A stretch of 64,000 bases of DNA from Chrysomallon squamiferum (GCA_012295275.1 CM022673.1:15376001-15440000); one strand, 5' to 3'; positions 43,350 through 58,043 are shown, numbered from the stretch's first letter. The notes: generated by a model not told the origin, from the letters alone. Made by a program: numbers and translations.

Positions 43350-45834
43350 GACACCACTCAAAGGATCACTGAACCCAAATGAAAATAATATTACGCGATC
43401 ACATTACTTATCTGTCATTAATGCAATTTTCTGTTAATTAATTTAATTTTCCCCAAGAATTGCCACATATTCATTGCTGCTTCATATTTGTCGTTTGTCT
43501 ATATATTCACAGAAATTTATCTCCTGATTTATCTTATTTATGAGTAATAGTCATGGAAAAAAATAATAAGGTATAACATTAGTTTCCTAGTCTGCTAAAG
43601 ATGAAACTGGCAAATTGTTTCACTTATTTCTAAAACTAATCGAGTCAGCTACAGTTTCAACATATAATTCAGCTTGAATAGAGAATTAGAATAAGTTGTC
43701 AGGAAAAAATATAAAAAAAGGAAATAATAAATTTGTTTTCAACATATGGTGCCGATATTATCAAATTTTTGTCAGCAGTTTAATACATACATACATACAT
43801 ACATAATGCATATATTTATATATAAATGATATAATATAATATAATATAATATAGTATGAAAAGTAAGCAAGTAAATAAGTAAGTAAGCAGATAAATAAAG
43901 AAATACGTAGTTAGATAGAGATAAATAAATAAATAAAATGATATAAAATAAACAAATTAAATTCCCGTATGTGAGCAGTATTTATTTATTTTCTTTTCTT
44001 TTCTTTTTCCTTTTGTTTGTTTTATTGTTTGTTTGATTGTTGTTTGTTTGTTTGTTTGTTTTATGAGCTTTCCATAACTTCAACTGTCAGCACAAGCGAA
44101 ACAAACGAATCAATATTCTACTATAACCAACATTATCTAATATTAATACTACTACTACTACTACTACTACTACTAATAATAATAATAATAATAATAATAA
44201 CAATAATAATAATAATAATAATAATAACAACAACAATGAACAATCGTGCATTCCTTCCTTCATTCATTCATACTTTCATTTATTTGTCTCACCCACCATA
44301 GTCGATAACTAAAAGCAACACAACATAAAAATGTCAGTAACAAAATACTAAAATATCCTGACATTACTACGCTTGCTTTTATGATGAAATACATTTTATT
44401 AATCTGTCAACCTAATTTTAAAAATAAGTTTATTATGCACATAATAAAAACGAACAAATGTCATGCATAATATCTCTATCCAGAATCCAGAAGCCTTTGT
44501 GGTTTTTTTTTTGGTTGTTTTTTTGATACTATGGAGAAATGTTAACTAGGTATGTAAGGGTGCTTTTATAGGCTAGAAATAAGTTAGAAATAACTGAACT
44601 CGAGGGCACTTTTGTATTGTGGAGCAATGTTAACTAGGTATGTTAGGTTATCTCTAAAGATGTCGTGGTAAAGATCATAATGAAGTTAGTTCTAGGGCAC
44701 ACGTACACGCACGCACGCACACACTTATACATACTATATAAATATCACAGCTCCTTTGTAGCGTGTCACCGCAACACATTTTGTCTTTGTAAGTCCAAAG
44801 GAAAAAAAATAAATAGGAAAACACGAACATTCCTTTTTTTAATAATTTTAATAATTTTAATTTATTTGTTTATATATTTATTTATTTATTTTTTATTCTT
44901 TAATATTAATATTAATTATACATGTTTTATTAGTGTTATTATTAAAAAGAATTTTGTCACTTTTTATTATTTGACTATATTTGGGGAACAAAACATTTCT
45001 GAAATATATTAACTGATGGTGAACTTTATATATTCGTTAAATTGTTAACGAAAAGCTTTCTTTTTTATATAAATATTAAAAATAGAATAATAATAATAAT
45101 AACAACAACAACAACAACAAAATAACAATAATCATCATAAAACTAATCATCCACAAATACAAACATATACGAATATATATTCAGTACGTGCAGTATTTAG
45201 TACATTGATGTTAATGTAAACATTGTTATATTCTGAGAGGTCTAGTGGGAATCGATTTGTAAAATATCTGTAAACCTGAGTAGAATTTTTTGTTTAAATG
45301 AAAAGCTGCTTTAGGGAAAAAAAAAGAGAAAAAAAAGAGAAGAAATTTAATATCCAGAAACCCACTCCTAACATCTGTTTCTGACACAATTGTTATTGGA
45401 TAATATGACATACGCCTGCTTTTAAAGTTAAACCGAGGCATTTATGCTCTAGAAGAGGATTAGTAAAGTTTATTCTTGGAGAAAGGTTTGTCAACATAAT
45501 ATTTACCTTTACTATTACTTTGTTAAAATATATTTTACATTGCCATTGTGTAATAAATTATATATCTGCATTTATGATAGAATGTCAAAAATTATTTTAG
45601 TGAATCAGTTTTGTTTCGTTTTCTATTTACCACTACAACAAACAACACAATTTACTACTACTATTAGTGCTACTACTACTACTATTTCTACTTTTACTGC
45701 CATTATTACAGTAATCATTATTATCTTAATAATTACTTTCATTACTATTGGCAATAGTATTATTTCATTATTATCAATATTATCATCATGTTAATCATCA
45801 TTATAATCATAAAATATTATCACTGTTTTAACAG

Positions 45835-45904
45835 ATGAAATTCCTGATGCTGCACATGCTGATGTTACTGATGCAGATACACTCTGCATGGTCCAGACAC
45901 CGTT
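45835..45904 (+). CDS. Gene E signal-peptide exon (MKFLMLHMLMLLMQIHSAWSRHR)
   Basis: acag|ATG, 70 nt, T|gtaaga; classic n/h/c signal peptide. Confidence 0.85.
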
Positions 45905-45923
45905 GTAAGAAATTTAATTTACG

Positions 45924-45924
<1 letters not shown>

Positions 45925-45983
<59 letters not shown>

Positions 45984-46451
45984 CAACAAAAAAACAACAA
46001 CAACAAAAACAACAACAATGCTACTACTACTACTACTACTACTAATAATAATAATATGATCAGCACCAATAGCATTATCGTCATGATAACAATGCTAATA
46101 TTTGTAGTAAATTTACTAACACCTTTTTTCTACAGATGGTCTATGTTCTATTATTATTTTACTAGGGTGTTTTCCTCTTCTTTTTTTTTTTTTTTTTCTC
46201 TCTCTTTTCTGATAAGAGTTCAGTAGATTTTATTCAATGGTAACATTTTGTATATAATTTTTGGATTTCTTTATTTATACTGAATAAAACAGACCATCTA
46301 TAGAAGAAAAGGTGTTAGTAAATTTACTACAAATATTATCAGTGTTATCATGACGATAATGCTATTGATGCTGATCACATTATTATTATTATTATTAGTA
46401 GTAGTAGTAGTATTAGTAGTATCATTGTTGTTGTTTTTGTTGTTGTTGTTG

Positions 46452-46505
<54 letters not shown>
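45925..46505. repeat. Foldback inverted repeat in the gene E intron
   Basis: ~45925-46145 is the imperfect reverse complement of ~46290-46505, including mirrored microsatellite order. Confidence 0.85.
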
Positions 46506-46506
<1 letters not shown>

Positions 46507-46762
46507 CCACATATAGATGGATAAATAGATTGATATACACACAAACCTGCACATACATCGATAGATAAATAGATCAGCATATTTATTTATTTATTTATTT
46601 AGTTAATTAGTTAATCATTAGTCTGTTTTATTGTTGTTGTTTACCTGTGTTTTTTGGTTTTGCTGTTGTTGGGGGGGGGGCGGTTTGTTTGTTTTGGGGT
46701 TTTTTTTGTTGGGTTATTTTAACTTTGCTTAGAGTGTTTTATTTATTTCTCTTTCTTTCAAG

Positions 46763-47026
46763 TTCCTAAAGGCTGTTACGTTTTGTGGAAAGGGCAAGCT
46801 ATCTATAAAGGTAGATTTAAGTATTCCGAGACAGGAGTACTTTGTCAACGATGGGACAAGCAATATCCCCACAGGCATAATTATACTAAACCTTCCCTTT
46901 TCCATGAGAAATATTTGGAAGATGCAAAAAACTATTGCCGCGATCCTGCAGGTTATGGATTACCATGGTGTATTCCAAAAACGAAAGGGAACAACTTTAT
47001 GAAGTGTGGCATTCCTGAATGCGATG
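46763..47026 (+). CDS. Gene E kringle exon 1
   Basis: PKGCY..CQRWDKQYPHRH..NYCRDPAGYGLPWC..; tcaag|..G|gttagt; 264 nt. Confidence 0.92.
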
Positions 47027-47533
47027 GTTAGTACTTCAGTTTAAAACATGTCGTGACCGTTGTTAAATAATAGTTACGTTTTGTATTTTACTTTGAGAAT
47101 ATCTTCAGCCATATCCATCATGAATAAAACATATCTCAAATATTTCAATGTACGTATTACTTCCCACACTGTACGATTTTCTCTTTAGTAGTCTTTATTA
47201 AATGTGTCGTATAATTTAAATAATTTTAGTATTCAGCAACGACGATGATAACAAAACAATGATAATTTTTGTTGTTGTTGTGGTGGTGGCGGTGGTGGTG
47301 TTTTTACTATGTGCTCCTTTATACATTATATTTTATGGATGTATTATTAGTTCTGTCTGTATTGTTTTTCTCTTCTTGTTTATTTATTTATTTATTTTTT
47401 TTATATTTTATTTCCTTTATTATTAATTAATTTAATAATTTCATCATTTATTTGTTTGTTTATTTATTATCACTATTATTAATTATCATTTATTACATTT
47501 TTGTCTTAATATATTTATTTCGGTTGAATTCAG

Positions 47534-47791
47534 ATTGTTATATCAAGATGAACGGTCGCGCAGTGTATACTGGCACCGTGAATAGGACCATCTCAGGAAA
47601 AGCCTGTCAGTACTGGTCATCTCAAATTCCACACGAGCATAAGTTCTCCAATGTCACATATTTTCCTGACGAGAAGATCTCTGATACCAAAAACTACTGT
47701 CGTGACCCAGATAAATCCGGGAAACCATGGTGCTACGCTGGTAGAACGAAAAAGCCGAGATGGGAAAAATGCGGAGTCAAGATCTGTAAAG
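47534..47791 (+). CDS. Gene E kringle exon 2
   Basis: DCY..CQYWSSQIPHEH..NYCRDPDKSGKPWCY..WEKC; ttcag|..G|gtttgt; 258 nt. Confidence 0.92.
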
Positions 47792-48251
47792 GTTTGTGCG
47801 AGATTATACCTTTGTAAAAATCAGCTACAACATCTACTTCTACTACTAAAACTGCTACTATCACTACTGCTACTAATAATAACTACTGCTACTGCTGCTA
47901 CTACTACTGCTGCTAATAATAAAAAGTGGATGTATCATATCTAGGCTGAAATTTAACATGACGGGTATTTTATGAAATATCCATCTGTGTAATTCCTGGA
48001 CTTACTGCCAGAACAACTGTTATTGTCATAATTTGCAATGCTTTCCAGATATCTAAAACTATTAAAATATCCATTTTTATGTCGGTATACTAAAATATTG
48101 GTGTATCCGATTCGATCAATATTATCTCATACTTTTAGCTGCATTCCTTAGACTGAATATAAATTGTGATATTTCGAAACTATTTTATATTATAATCATA
48201 ATTCATATTTCTGAAGTATTATCCATTTATTATTTTTTTTCTTTGTTTCAG

Positions 48252-48259
48252 GTGGGTAA
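48252..48259 (+). CDS. Gene E terminal micro-exon (G-G-stop); full model 199 aa
   Basis: tttcag|GT GGG TAA, AATAAA at 48293-48298. Confidence 0.72.
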
Positions 48260-49288
48260 TTAAGTAAAGAAAAATGAACGAAAGTATTATTCAATAAAAT
48301 ATATACTGAAATATATTTGTACGTTTTTTGTTTATATTACATTAACAAGATTTTGTTAAAAGTAGTGATATAATGTTATTGTGGTTAATCACTTTGGAAC
48401 TGATTAATTATTTTAGATTAAAAACTTTCTGTGTTTCTAGTTCTACTACTATTACTACTTCTACTAATATTTTTTTTTTTGTCCATTAAATGTAATCATA
48501 ATCAAAACGAAATGCAGATTCTCTATGATGAACATAAGGACGATAGTTATCTCTATACACTCTAGTATTAACTTTTTATAAAGTATAAATAATATGATAT
48601 CAGAAAATATATATTTATATCTTTCCACTTTCTCTGTCTGTCTGTCTGTCCATCTATCTCTCTATCTATCCATATATCTGCTTATGAATTTGTGTATATA
48701 TATATACGGATATATGTGCGCGCGTGCGCGTGTGTTAGTATGTAAGTATATACACATAAATACATTATACAGACAGACACAGACACACACACACACACAC
48801 AGATATATATATATATATACACTGGCTTCTCTCTCTTTCTATCTGTCTATCTATCTATCTATCTGTATATCCATCCATCCATCCATACACGTATACAAGA
48901 GCACGCACAGATTCAGACGCACATATATAAACGCAATACTAGTAGCGTTAAACGGTGCATATTTAATATGTTGTATATTTTTATGCAAATGTAAAAATAA
49001 AAAAGTTACAACACTCTGTGATAATGACTCACAGTTGCAAGTTCGAAGCCATTAAAATAAAATAAAAAAGTAATGTTCAAGAATCAGTTTTTGAAGGCAA
49101 TTAAATACAAAATATATACATACATACATATATATAAAACAATAAAGAAAAACAACAAATAAATAATTCCATTTTAAATTTAATGACAGTATCTTCAGTC
49201 CATATGTGCTTCTCTGTTGCACAACACCTGACAAACTGTTATTTAATGTTTTTTGTTGCCATTTGTAAAGGCCGTTTTAGTTACCTCA

Positions 49289-49330
<42 letters not shown>

Positions 49331-49767
49331 GTATCTTTGTATATTGTATGCATATAACAGACACATATATACATAAATACGTGCATGTTTACATACATAT
49401 ATGTACATAAATATGTGCAAGGGTTTTTATCTACATATATACTAACAACAAAAAATTCATACATATATACATACATGCATACATAAATACATACATACAC
49501 ATATATATAATACATACACATATGCACACATAATGGACTGTGAGATGATAAAATAGTCAGAATGTCATGATCATTTCCTAAAGAGTTAACAAGTTTATAA
49601 TAGCTGTACAAAACTAGATAATCTCTAACTTATATAATCATTTCAAGAAAATATAAAATATCTACTCACTTCAAATAATGGAACAATAACAGAACAGACA
49701 GTACACATATTGACATATTTAGATACTTTATTGAGTGATATTTTCTTCCCATTTTCTTACGTCATAA

Positions 49768-49775
49768 TCATGAAC
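49768..49775 (-). CDS. Unit F terminal micro-exon (R-S-stop)
   Basis: ctcag|GT TCA TGA, AATAAA at 49732-49727; 3'UTR similar to gene E's. Confidence 0.6.
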
Positions 49776-49795
49776 CTGAGACGAAAATAATAAAA

Positions 49796-49854
<59 letters not shown>

Positions 49855-50591
49855 TTTTGTTTCTAATTATAATATCGGACCCCGTTTTTGAAATGTTACA
49901 AATGTAACTAAATGGTGATTGTTTCAGTTATGGTTGTAACCAAACGTCATTACAATGTATATATATATAAATTTAATATTTTATAACCTATAGTCTTTAA
50001 ATAATAGAATCAGGGTTTATAGAGAAGTAAAATAAACTATTAAAATTTCATATATATTTGTTTAAAAGATAAGTAATTTTCAAAAGATAAGTTATTATAT
50101 ATACAAACTGAGCTCCAGTTCATAATTTCTAGAAATATTTATTTTAGGTTTTTTCTGTTAATTTTACTCGATAATAATATAAATAAATACATATTAATAT
50201 ACAATTACATTTCTACTAAATTATTCAAAGCATTTTTATTTATTAGATTTGTCATGTTTACACTGAAAGCTATACAAGTTTTTAATTGCATAAAGATTTT
50301 AAATTGACCTAGTATAGCTTTCAGAGATAGTAGCTTAATAGATTCAATATTTAAGACAACACTTTACGTTTTATTCAAGCCGCATTAGCATAAATCTTTA
50401 CATTAGATTTAAAGCAAAAATATCATGTGGCTACCTTTTTCAGTAAGTTATAGAATGAAATAATAGTAATTATGCAGAAACGTAGCAAAGTTAAATAAGG
50501 AAAATTTGTAATAATTACATAGAAACAAAGTTAATGATGAGGAAATGCGTGGTAATTCACAGAAACGTTAAAACGTTAATGCTACACTAAC

Positions 50592-50849
50592 GTGCACAAG
50601 GCACGATGTTACATTTTTCTCATCTCTTTTCCAAACTTGTTATGTAGCACCAGACGAATCCTGATTTATCTGGACCACGACAGTAATTCTGGGCAGCTTT
50701 GATCGTCCAGTCTGGATAGAAGGAACTCTTATTCAAGTGGTGTCTGTGAGGTGACTGAGAATCCCAACGCTGACAGGTGTAACCGCTTGCTGTTACATTC
50801 ACAGAACCGGAGTATAAGGCTCTACGATCATCATCCATTGAGTAACAGT
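50592..50849 (-). pseudogene. Unit F kringle exon with nonsense codon
   Basis: Full kringle, 258 nt, but KR*EKC (TGA at 50622-50620 for Trp) and RDP>RGP. Confidence 0.88.
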
Positions 50850-51021
50850 CTGAATACAAATAAGAATCTTTTTTATGTCCCGGAATAAAACATAACTGAA
50901 GAAAGAAAGGAAGAAATGGTTTAATCATATATATTATCTTTATCTTTATACTACGTCATCCCGCAGTTACATAACGAAAGATGCATTCCGCTGCCTACAT
51001 TTGACGGGGATTTTTTTTTTG

Positions 51022-51052
<31 letters not shown>

Positions 51053-52209
51053 TTATTATTTTTAGCAGAAAAAATCGTTCATATACACAGTCTGTTTAAC
51101 AGGTTACTACCTTTCAAAGATTTTGTTATAACAGACGCAGAGTACAAACAGTGAACCTAGGGAAGGAAGCTTAACAACGACTTATCAAATAAGAGCATTT
51201 GAAGATTTGGATCCAGAACTTTAGGCCTATAAATATTTTGCTTCCAGATAAATCACTGTTTAGTTATAGAAATAAAAAATACATTCATTTCTGTTGTTAT
51301 CTTTGCTAAATAAATATATAATCAAAGCATGAACAGCAATATAAATCATTAAACGTTTGTTTCCTTTTTGTAAATCAGCCAATTTATTTGTTTTATTCCA
51401 AGCAGCGATATATCCATGAAATTATTTCAATTACGAAAGCATCATTTGACAAATATCTATATTCTTTATCAGACACAGTTAATCATCATCTGGTCCGATT
51501 AAACTGCTCCAATTAAAGTTCAAACAAAACTGTGCATTTTATCGCAAAAAATTCTTTACAATTTTTGATTTGGAGATTATTGTTTTCGAAACAAATTCTG
51601 CACATAATACACATTACTATTTTTATTAATGTTAGTTAAATATTTAATAACAGGATTCTGTAAAAATAAAATACTGCATTTAATTCAGTGTATCGGTTGT
51701 TCTTATACAGTTAAGCAAAAAATAAGGAAATTACTTATGCATATTCGTATGTGTGCATATGAGTATGTTTGTATTTGTGTATTGTGTTTTGCTTTTTTGT
51801 GCTTGTCCACATGTGCATTTATGATTGAATAAATGAATCAATAAATGTGTATTTGATTACACTTCCAACGATATACCATCTGTCGTGGTATATATATTTT
51901 TCATTTCTATGGGAGCTTTCAATATGAATATTCATTGTTTCTATTTCAAAATAGTATCATACATTCGTTGATTTGTACATTTATTCATTTATTCGTTCTG
52001 TCACTTATATATTTCATCATTCATTTGTTTGTTCATCTGTTCGGTTGTTCCTTCAGTCACCCATTCGTTAATGCATTCATTGTGCGATATTCAACAAAAA
52101 GCTAAATGTTCAAGTGATAAACAAACTTCGAAATCTAGAGTTACGAAGCCAGTGCATCACCACAACGACAATACCTGTAGTGATAAATTACTCTGAGAAT
52201 GCTGCTTAC

Positions 52210-52465
52210 CAGAACATTTCTGAAGTGAGCAATGCCACCACGTATTTTCACTAGACTGCAGGACACACCACGTGAAACCAAAACCTGCTGGATCGCGACA
52301 CAAGTTTTCCGCTTCAGTCACAGATTCGTCAGGACACAGACGACTGTCGTAGTAGTTACGTTTGTTGGGTATCTGCTGGTCCCACTGCTAGCATGCCGTT
52401 CCTCTCTTATCAGTGTGCGCTGTGCCAGTGTATATAGCGAAACCTTTCTTTATGTGGTAAACAGT
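52210..52465 (-). pseudogene. Unit F kringle exon with frameshift and stop (not in ORF track)
   Basis: gcag|AC TGT T TAC (+1 nt), C*QWD (TAG at 52390-52388), NLCRDPAGFGFTWC..C....C G|gtaagc; 256 nt. Confidence 0.88.
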
Positions 52466-52899
52466 CTGCATAAACATTACATAAATTAATACATTTACAA
52501 ATAAATAAATAAATAATAAGCAAAACAAAAATACCTACCTACCTACATACATGCCTATATTTATATGAATATATACATGTATACATACATACATACACAC
52601 GTACATACATATAAACATATATACATACATACATACATACATAAATACATAAACTTATATAGATATGATTATATAGGTACATACATACGTTGTGATAAAA
52701 TCTTGTTGCCATGGCCTCTATGTGTATCAGATATGAAAAGGTTTTTTTCTGAAAAGTCTGCTGCGGAAAATCACTAGTGGAATCAATATTACGTACATAA
52801 TACTAGTATGCATATACGCATGATAAAAATATTTCTGCTTTTGCTTTCCTTCTTCTTCTTCTTCTTCTTCTTCTTCTTCTTCTTCTTCTTTTTATTACC

Positions 52900-52986
<87 letters not shown>

Positions 52987-53062
52987 ATAACTATGATAAT
53001 GATGATGATGATAATAACAACTAAAACTCAGATCAAAATAATAATAATAGTCGTTGTCCAAC

Positions 53063-53313
53063 CTTCCCTCGGACACTTGGGAATGTTACATGCTTGCAAC
53101 ATCATATGTGTAACGTTGAGGTAACACCACAGATAACCAGAAGAGGATGGGTCACGGCAGAAATTTTCCGCCTCGTCCACAGAAGCCTCAGGAAAGTATT
53201 CATCAGCGACATAGGTATGATCCGAGCTGTCCACGTCACTCCATCTTGTACAAATATGTCCAGATCTACTAGTTCTTATTGAGCCTTATCGTTTACGACT
53301 GTATAACAGTCAC
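53063..53313 (-). pseudogene. Unit F kringle exon with frameshifting deletion
   Basis: GDCYTVVNDKAQ* in the entry frame; the YxG motif is missing; the kringle continues in another frame (CTRW..NFCRDPSSSGYLWC); 251 nt. Confidence 0.87.
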
Positions 53314-53890
53314 CTTGTAAAAAGAATCAGAGGAAGAATAAACGACAAAAAGGCGTATATCACATAATGCTAAGTAAATTCATCAGTCCAGCACAATTAT
53401 ATAAACGTATTAACTTAAAAGTGGCTTTTCAGGCGCGGATAAAAAAGATCAAATTTAAGATGTTTGCAACTCTGCGATTAAGGCCACCAGATTTAGTTTC
53501 ACTCAAAAACCTGTATTGTGTTATATCAGTATTTAATATTTCATAAATAAATATTTATATACATATACAAACAAAGTGTATATACACATATACTCAAACA
53601 CACATAAATACAGACAGAAAGTTTTAAGCTTATTTTCTTACCATATCGCATTAGCTGCCCTGAGTAAACATCCATCAATAAGACAAATATCTTCATTAAC
53701 TTCATCTGAGGTGAAAAACGAAAAACAAAAAACAAACGAACATTTTATTTTATATTGAGAAAATATTTCTAAATGTCGTGAAATAACAAAGTTTAGGAAA
53801 AGATTTTTTTCAAAATAAGAAATCAGCAACAAACGATATAACGATATAACGATAATGATGATACTGCTACTCCTCCTCCTCCTCCTCCTC

Positions 53891-53974
<84 letters not shown>

Positions 53975-55256
53975 GTAATTATAATAATAATAATAATAAG
54001 AGTGATAGTAATAATAATGCCATATATAATGAAAACGGTTGTAATAGCTATCAAATTACTAAGGCATTCATTATGATAAAATAATAACTCACCTATAATA
54101 CTATCAAATATTAATCTATAAAATTTCAGAAACATAGCAAGTAATGATAAATAATAAAATTAATAAAACAGTGCCATTTTTTGTTATAAAATTTTAAAAA
54201 GAATTTCTGACTTTTATACGTATTATTTTATTTTGTTTGTTCTTTTTAAAAATATGAAACATTTAGAAAATATAAAAGAAGACGATACAAATGTTTCAAA
54301 CAAATTAGAAAACATATTTATAAATATTAAAGTAAAATAAAAATAATAATGATGATTATGATAATAATAATAATAATGAAGACAAAAAAAGAAGAAGAAG
54401 AAGAATTATAATAGTAATTTTAAAATGTGCTGAAAATGATTTTTGAGGAGTATTATGTATATTGTTTTTCCAAGTAACAAATTAAAATAAACAGAACAAA
54501 ATGAACCCGGTTGCATTCAGAACGTTTTTACTTTGAATGGAAATGCCACGTTGTCAAATTAAAACGTTTTACGGCTTTTTCACCACGTTATGTATTGTGT
54601 AATCATGTGCTACGCTCTTTTACACCTGTTTAATACTAAATATAAAAATAAACACCAGTAATTTCCTGATGCACAATGTTCTTCGTTTGATGCTGTTTCT
54701 ATTTTTTGGTTGATAAATGTGATTCACGTAAGTGTACACTTTATAGAGACAGTAAAAGAGTTTACAATAAGTGCGCCGTAAGTTTGAAACATCAATATTA
54801 TAATTTACTTTTTTAAAACATATAAATCATGTAATTGAACACGAAACATGATCATGTTCATGGATGAAGGAAACATATTTCAAAATGAAATAAAATAAAA
54901 TAAATAATAGAAATGATAGAAGTAGTAGTAGTAGTAGTTGTAGTAGTAGTAGTTGTCGTAGTGGTAGCAGTAGTAGTAGTAAGAGTACTATTAACATAAG
55001 TAATAGTACTAGTAGATATAGCAGTAGGAGTATCAAGAAGAAGAATGTGAAGAAGATGAAAGTGAAGAAAGAGAGGGAAAATATAAAGAAGTGTTTCACC
55101 TGAATAAAAACTTCTGTTTTATATTATTTTCTTTAAACTTATTTGGTCTTATGGATATCAATTACGTGAAAATCCTAACATTTATAATATGCAGTTTGAA
55201 TGTAGGAGCTGACTCTATAATTTTATAAAAAAAAACAGCCTCAGTGTAATGCATTA

Positions 55257-55330
55257 GCATCGCGGAATTCTGTTTTGCATTACATCTGTAGCTGAAATAC
55301 TGTGTAGCACCACGGAATTCCATATCATCG
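55257..55330 (-). pseudogene. Kringle 3'-half remnant
   Basis: Minus strand YGIPWCYTVF, then frameshifted IPRC. Confidence 0.6.
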
Positions 55331-55789
55331 AGAATATGAAAACGTTTTCTTTCCTGAAACAGATGTGAAATCATTAACCGAAATTTAGAAGTTTAAACTT
55401 GAGTGAATAAAGAGATAACGACAGTTCTTTTATTAAATAATAAAACTTCTGTATATGTAATTACTAATTCATCTTTCATATGCTGTCCTTGATAATTAAA
55501 AAAAACAAAAAAAAAAAAACTATTTTTTTTTACAAAATGTAATAATAATAATGATATTAACAACAACAATAATAATAATAATAATAGTAAATAAATAAAT
55601 AATGTCATACTTTTTTTTTCAGGATAACAAAAGGTTATGTGCATCCAGCCTTTTTGAACATTTTCATTTTTCCATTCAAACAAATAAAATATAAAAACAT
55701 AGGCAGAAAATATATTACTAAATCTTCTATAATTATTTTCATTATTATTATGTTGATGGTGATGATCGTAACTATCATCATCATCATCA

Positions 55790-55851
<62 letters not shown>

Positions 55852-55935
55852 GTTGTTGTTATTATTATTTGAAATTACATTGTTTTATGCATTCTGCTAT
55901 CAAACATTTAATAATATAACTTAAATGTTACATAC

Positions 55936-56170
55936 TGAGCATTCCGGGACAGTTAAGCATTTCCAAGCTAAAAGATCACTATCAGTGAAGCAAAATTACC
56001 AACTTGATAATCTACGTCTCTGCAGTAATTCCGTGCTGCCATCAGAAATCCGTCATCTGGGAACAGATAACTGTCCGAGAAACGATATACTTTCTACTAA
56101 TACTTGAATTTAGAACCATCTTCTGCAGTGTACATAACTCTCATAGCATTGCGGGTAATATAATATTTAC
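55936..56170 (-). pseudogene. Heavily degraded kringle exon, paralogue of 57792-58043
   Basis: TAEDGSKFKY**KVYRFSDSYLFPDDGFLMAARNYCRDVD..FCF..W....VPEC; acceptor appears AG>AC; Cys losses and a frameshift. Confidence 0.8.
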
Positions 56171-56355
56171 GTAGGGAAAAACAAATGAAACAAGTAAACA
56201 CATAAATAAATAAAAATAATAATAATAATAATAATAATTTCACTGTGAATTTTTAGTCAGAATTAGGGAACAAATCAATTACCTTTCTCACTGATTGTTA
56301 TATATTAAACTTGTAATTATTCAGTTATACTTGAATTATATGAAAAAACAACAAA

Positions 56356-56393
<38 letters not shown>

Positions 56394-56988
56394 ACTAAGT
56401 GTATTGACTATTATATTACGATCGGAAAATGATGATACACTTTTTACTTGTTGTTGCCGTTGTTGTTGTTGTTTGTTTATGTTTTTATGGGTGGGGTTGG
56501 TTGGTTTAATGTGTTTGAAAATTAAAAAGGCAAGGCGATGTTTTCCCATTTACACATTTGTTTTTGTTTTTTCATTCTTCTCGACTTTAGTCTTACAATC
56601 ACCAAACTTTGATCCAGTCCACTTCAAATTAATTTCAGTTTTGTCCTAAATAGTTTCACAGAATAATATTGTTAGAAGGAAATAAGATAATTCGGAGAAA
56701 AAACAACAAGACGTTTGAAATAATTTGATCAATACGGTTTATTATGCGAGTTAATTTCCACAGTCAGTTCTTCTTTTCGAGATGCAGTAACAATTTCTTA
56801 ATCTGAAATTATCAGTGTGAATATATTAATAAAATATATACTTACACTTGTTTAAACGTTTTTTCGTTATTCATTTCATTATTGGGGTATCATTCTGAAG
56901 GTGATCTCTGCGAGTTCAACCGTTCACATCATTAAATTAATTATTGATGCTTCAAAGCATATTTCTGCTGATTTATTTAATATGTATA

Positions 56989-57025
<37 letters not shown>

Positions 57026-57331
57026 ATATGTGTGTATATATGAATATTCTCTGTCTTCTCTACATCTGACTAGACTTTGCGCATAGACAATATTCGTGAA
57101 CACACTGGCACAGGAAGACTGTCCTATCACGACTTCACAAACGTCTAATGCACGTGATGAGACTAAAAATATTGCAGCCATTCGTCCGCACACCGTTGCC
57201 AGAAACCACTTACCACCAAGACAGTCTTGTAATAATTAATCTGTTTCTATCCTTACGATACAAAATAACATATTTTAACAAGATAGTATTATATAAGATA
57301 TATTCCAAGAAAGCAGGAATAATCGACGAAC

Positions 57332-57583
57332 CCTCGCATTTCGCAATTCCACATTTTTCCCATCCCTCGTTTTCTGCAAAATAGCACCAAGGATATCCTG
57401 TATCATCAGGATCACGGCAAAAGTTTTCAACATCATGTATGTCGTCTTCGGGATATCTTATAGGGTCTTCAAAGATATGATAATTAGGGTACTGTTCGTC
57501 CCATCTTTGACAAATTTCTCCTGAAGAGGTAGTTCTCTGCATTCCTCTGTAGTTTACTCTTCCGTCTATCTCAAGATAACATT
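57332..57583 (-). CDS. Unit F kringle exon 2 (intact, acidic)
   Basis: ECY..YRG..CQRWDEQYPNYH..NFCRDPDDTGYPWCY..WEKC; tccag|..G|gttcgt; 252 nt. Confidence 0.88.
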
Positions 57584-57791
57584 CTGGAAAGAAGCATAAT
57601 TTGAAAAGCAATTCATTCATCATTATCTCATGAAAATCAAATAATAAGAATTTGTGATACCAGTACCATCATGAAAATCATCATCATCATCGTCGTCGTT
57701 GTCTTTACTATTATAATTTATTTATTTATATTCTATTCCAAACAGTAAATAAAAAAAATATATGAAATCTATTTAAGTAAATTTCATAAAC

Positions 57792-58043
57792 CTTGGCATT
57801 TCGAAATATTGCACAATCTCCAGTCTAAATTTTGTCCCTCCATGTAGCACCATATGTAACCAGAACCATCTGGGTCTCGACAGTAATTTCCTGCGGCATG
57901 TACAGACTCGTCGTAAGGAAACCTGAAGCTGTCCTGGTTACTATACACAGACGACCAAGTCGCGCATTTATCACCATCTTCTGTAATATTAATTTTACCA
58001 GCATACAGAGCCCGCCCACGATTTAGCCCATAGTAACACCCGG
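57792..58043 (-). CDS. Unit F kringle exon 1 (intact)
   Basis: [30 protein letters not shown]; gcag|..G|gtttat; 252 nt. Confidence 0.88.

Noticed and set aside
57085-57220. GC-richer intronic patch as a tRNA/SINE/ncRNA
   Set aside because: Only an A-box-like string; no B box or cloverleaf discernible.
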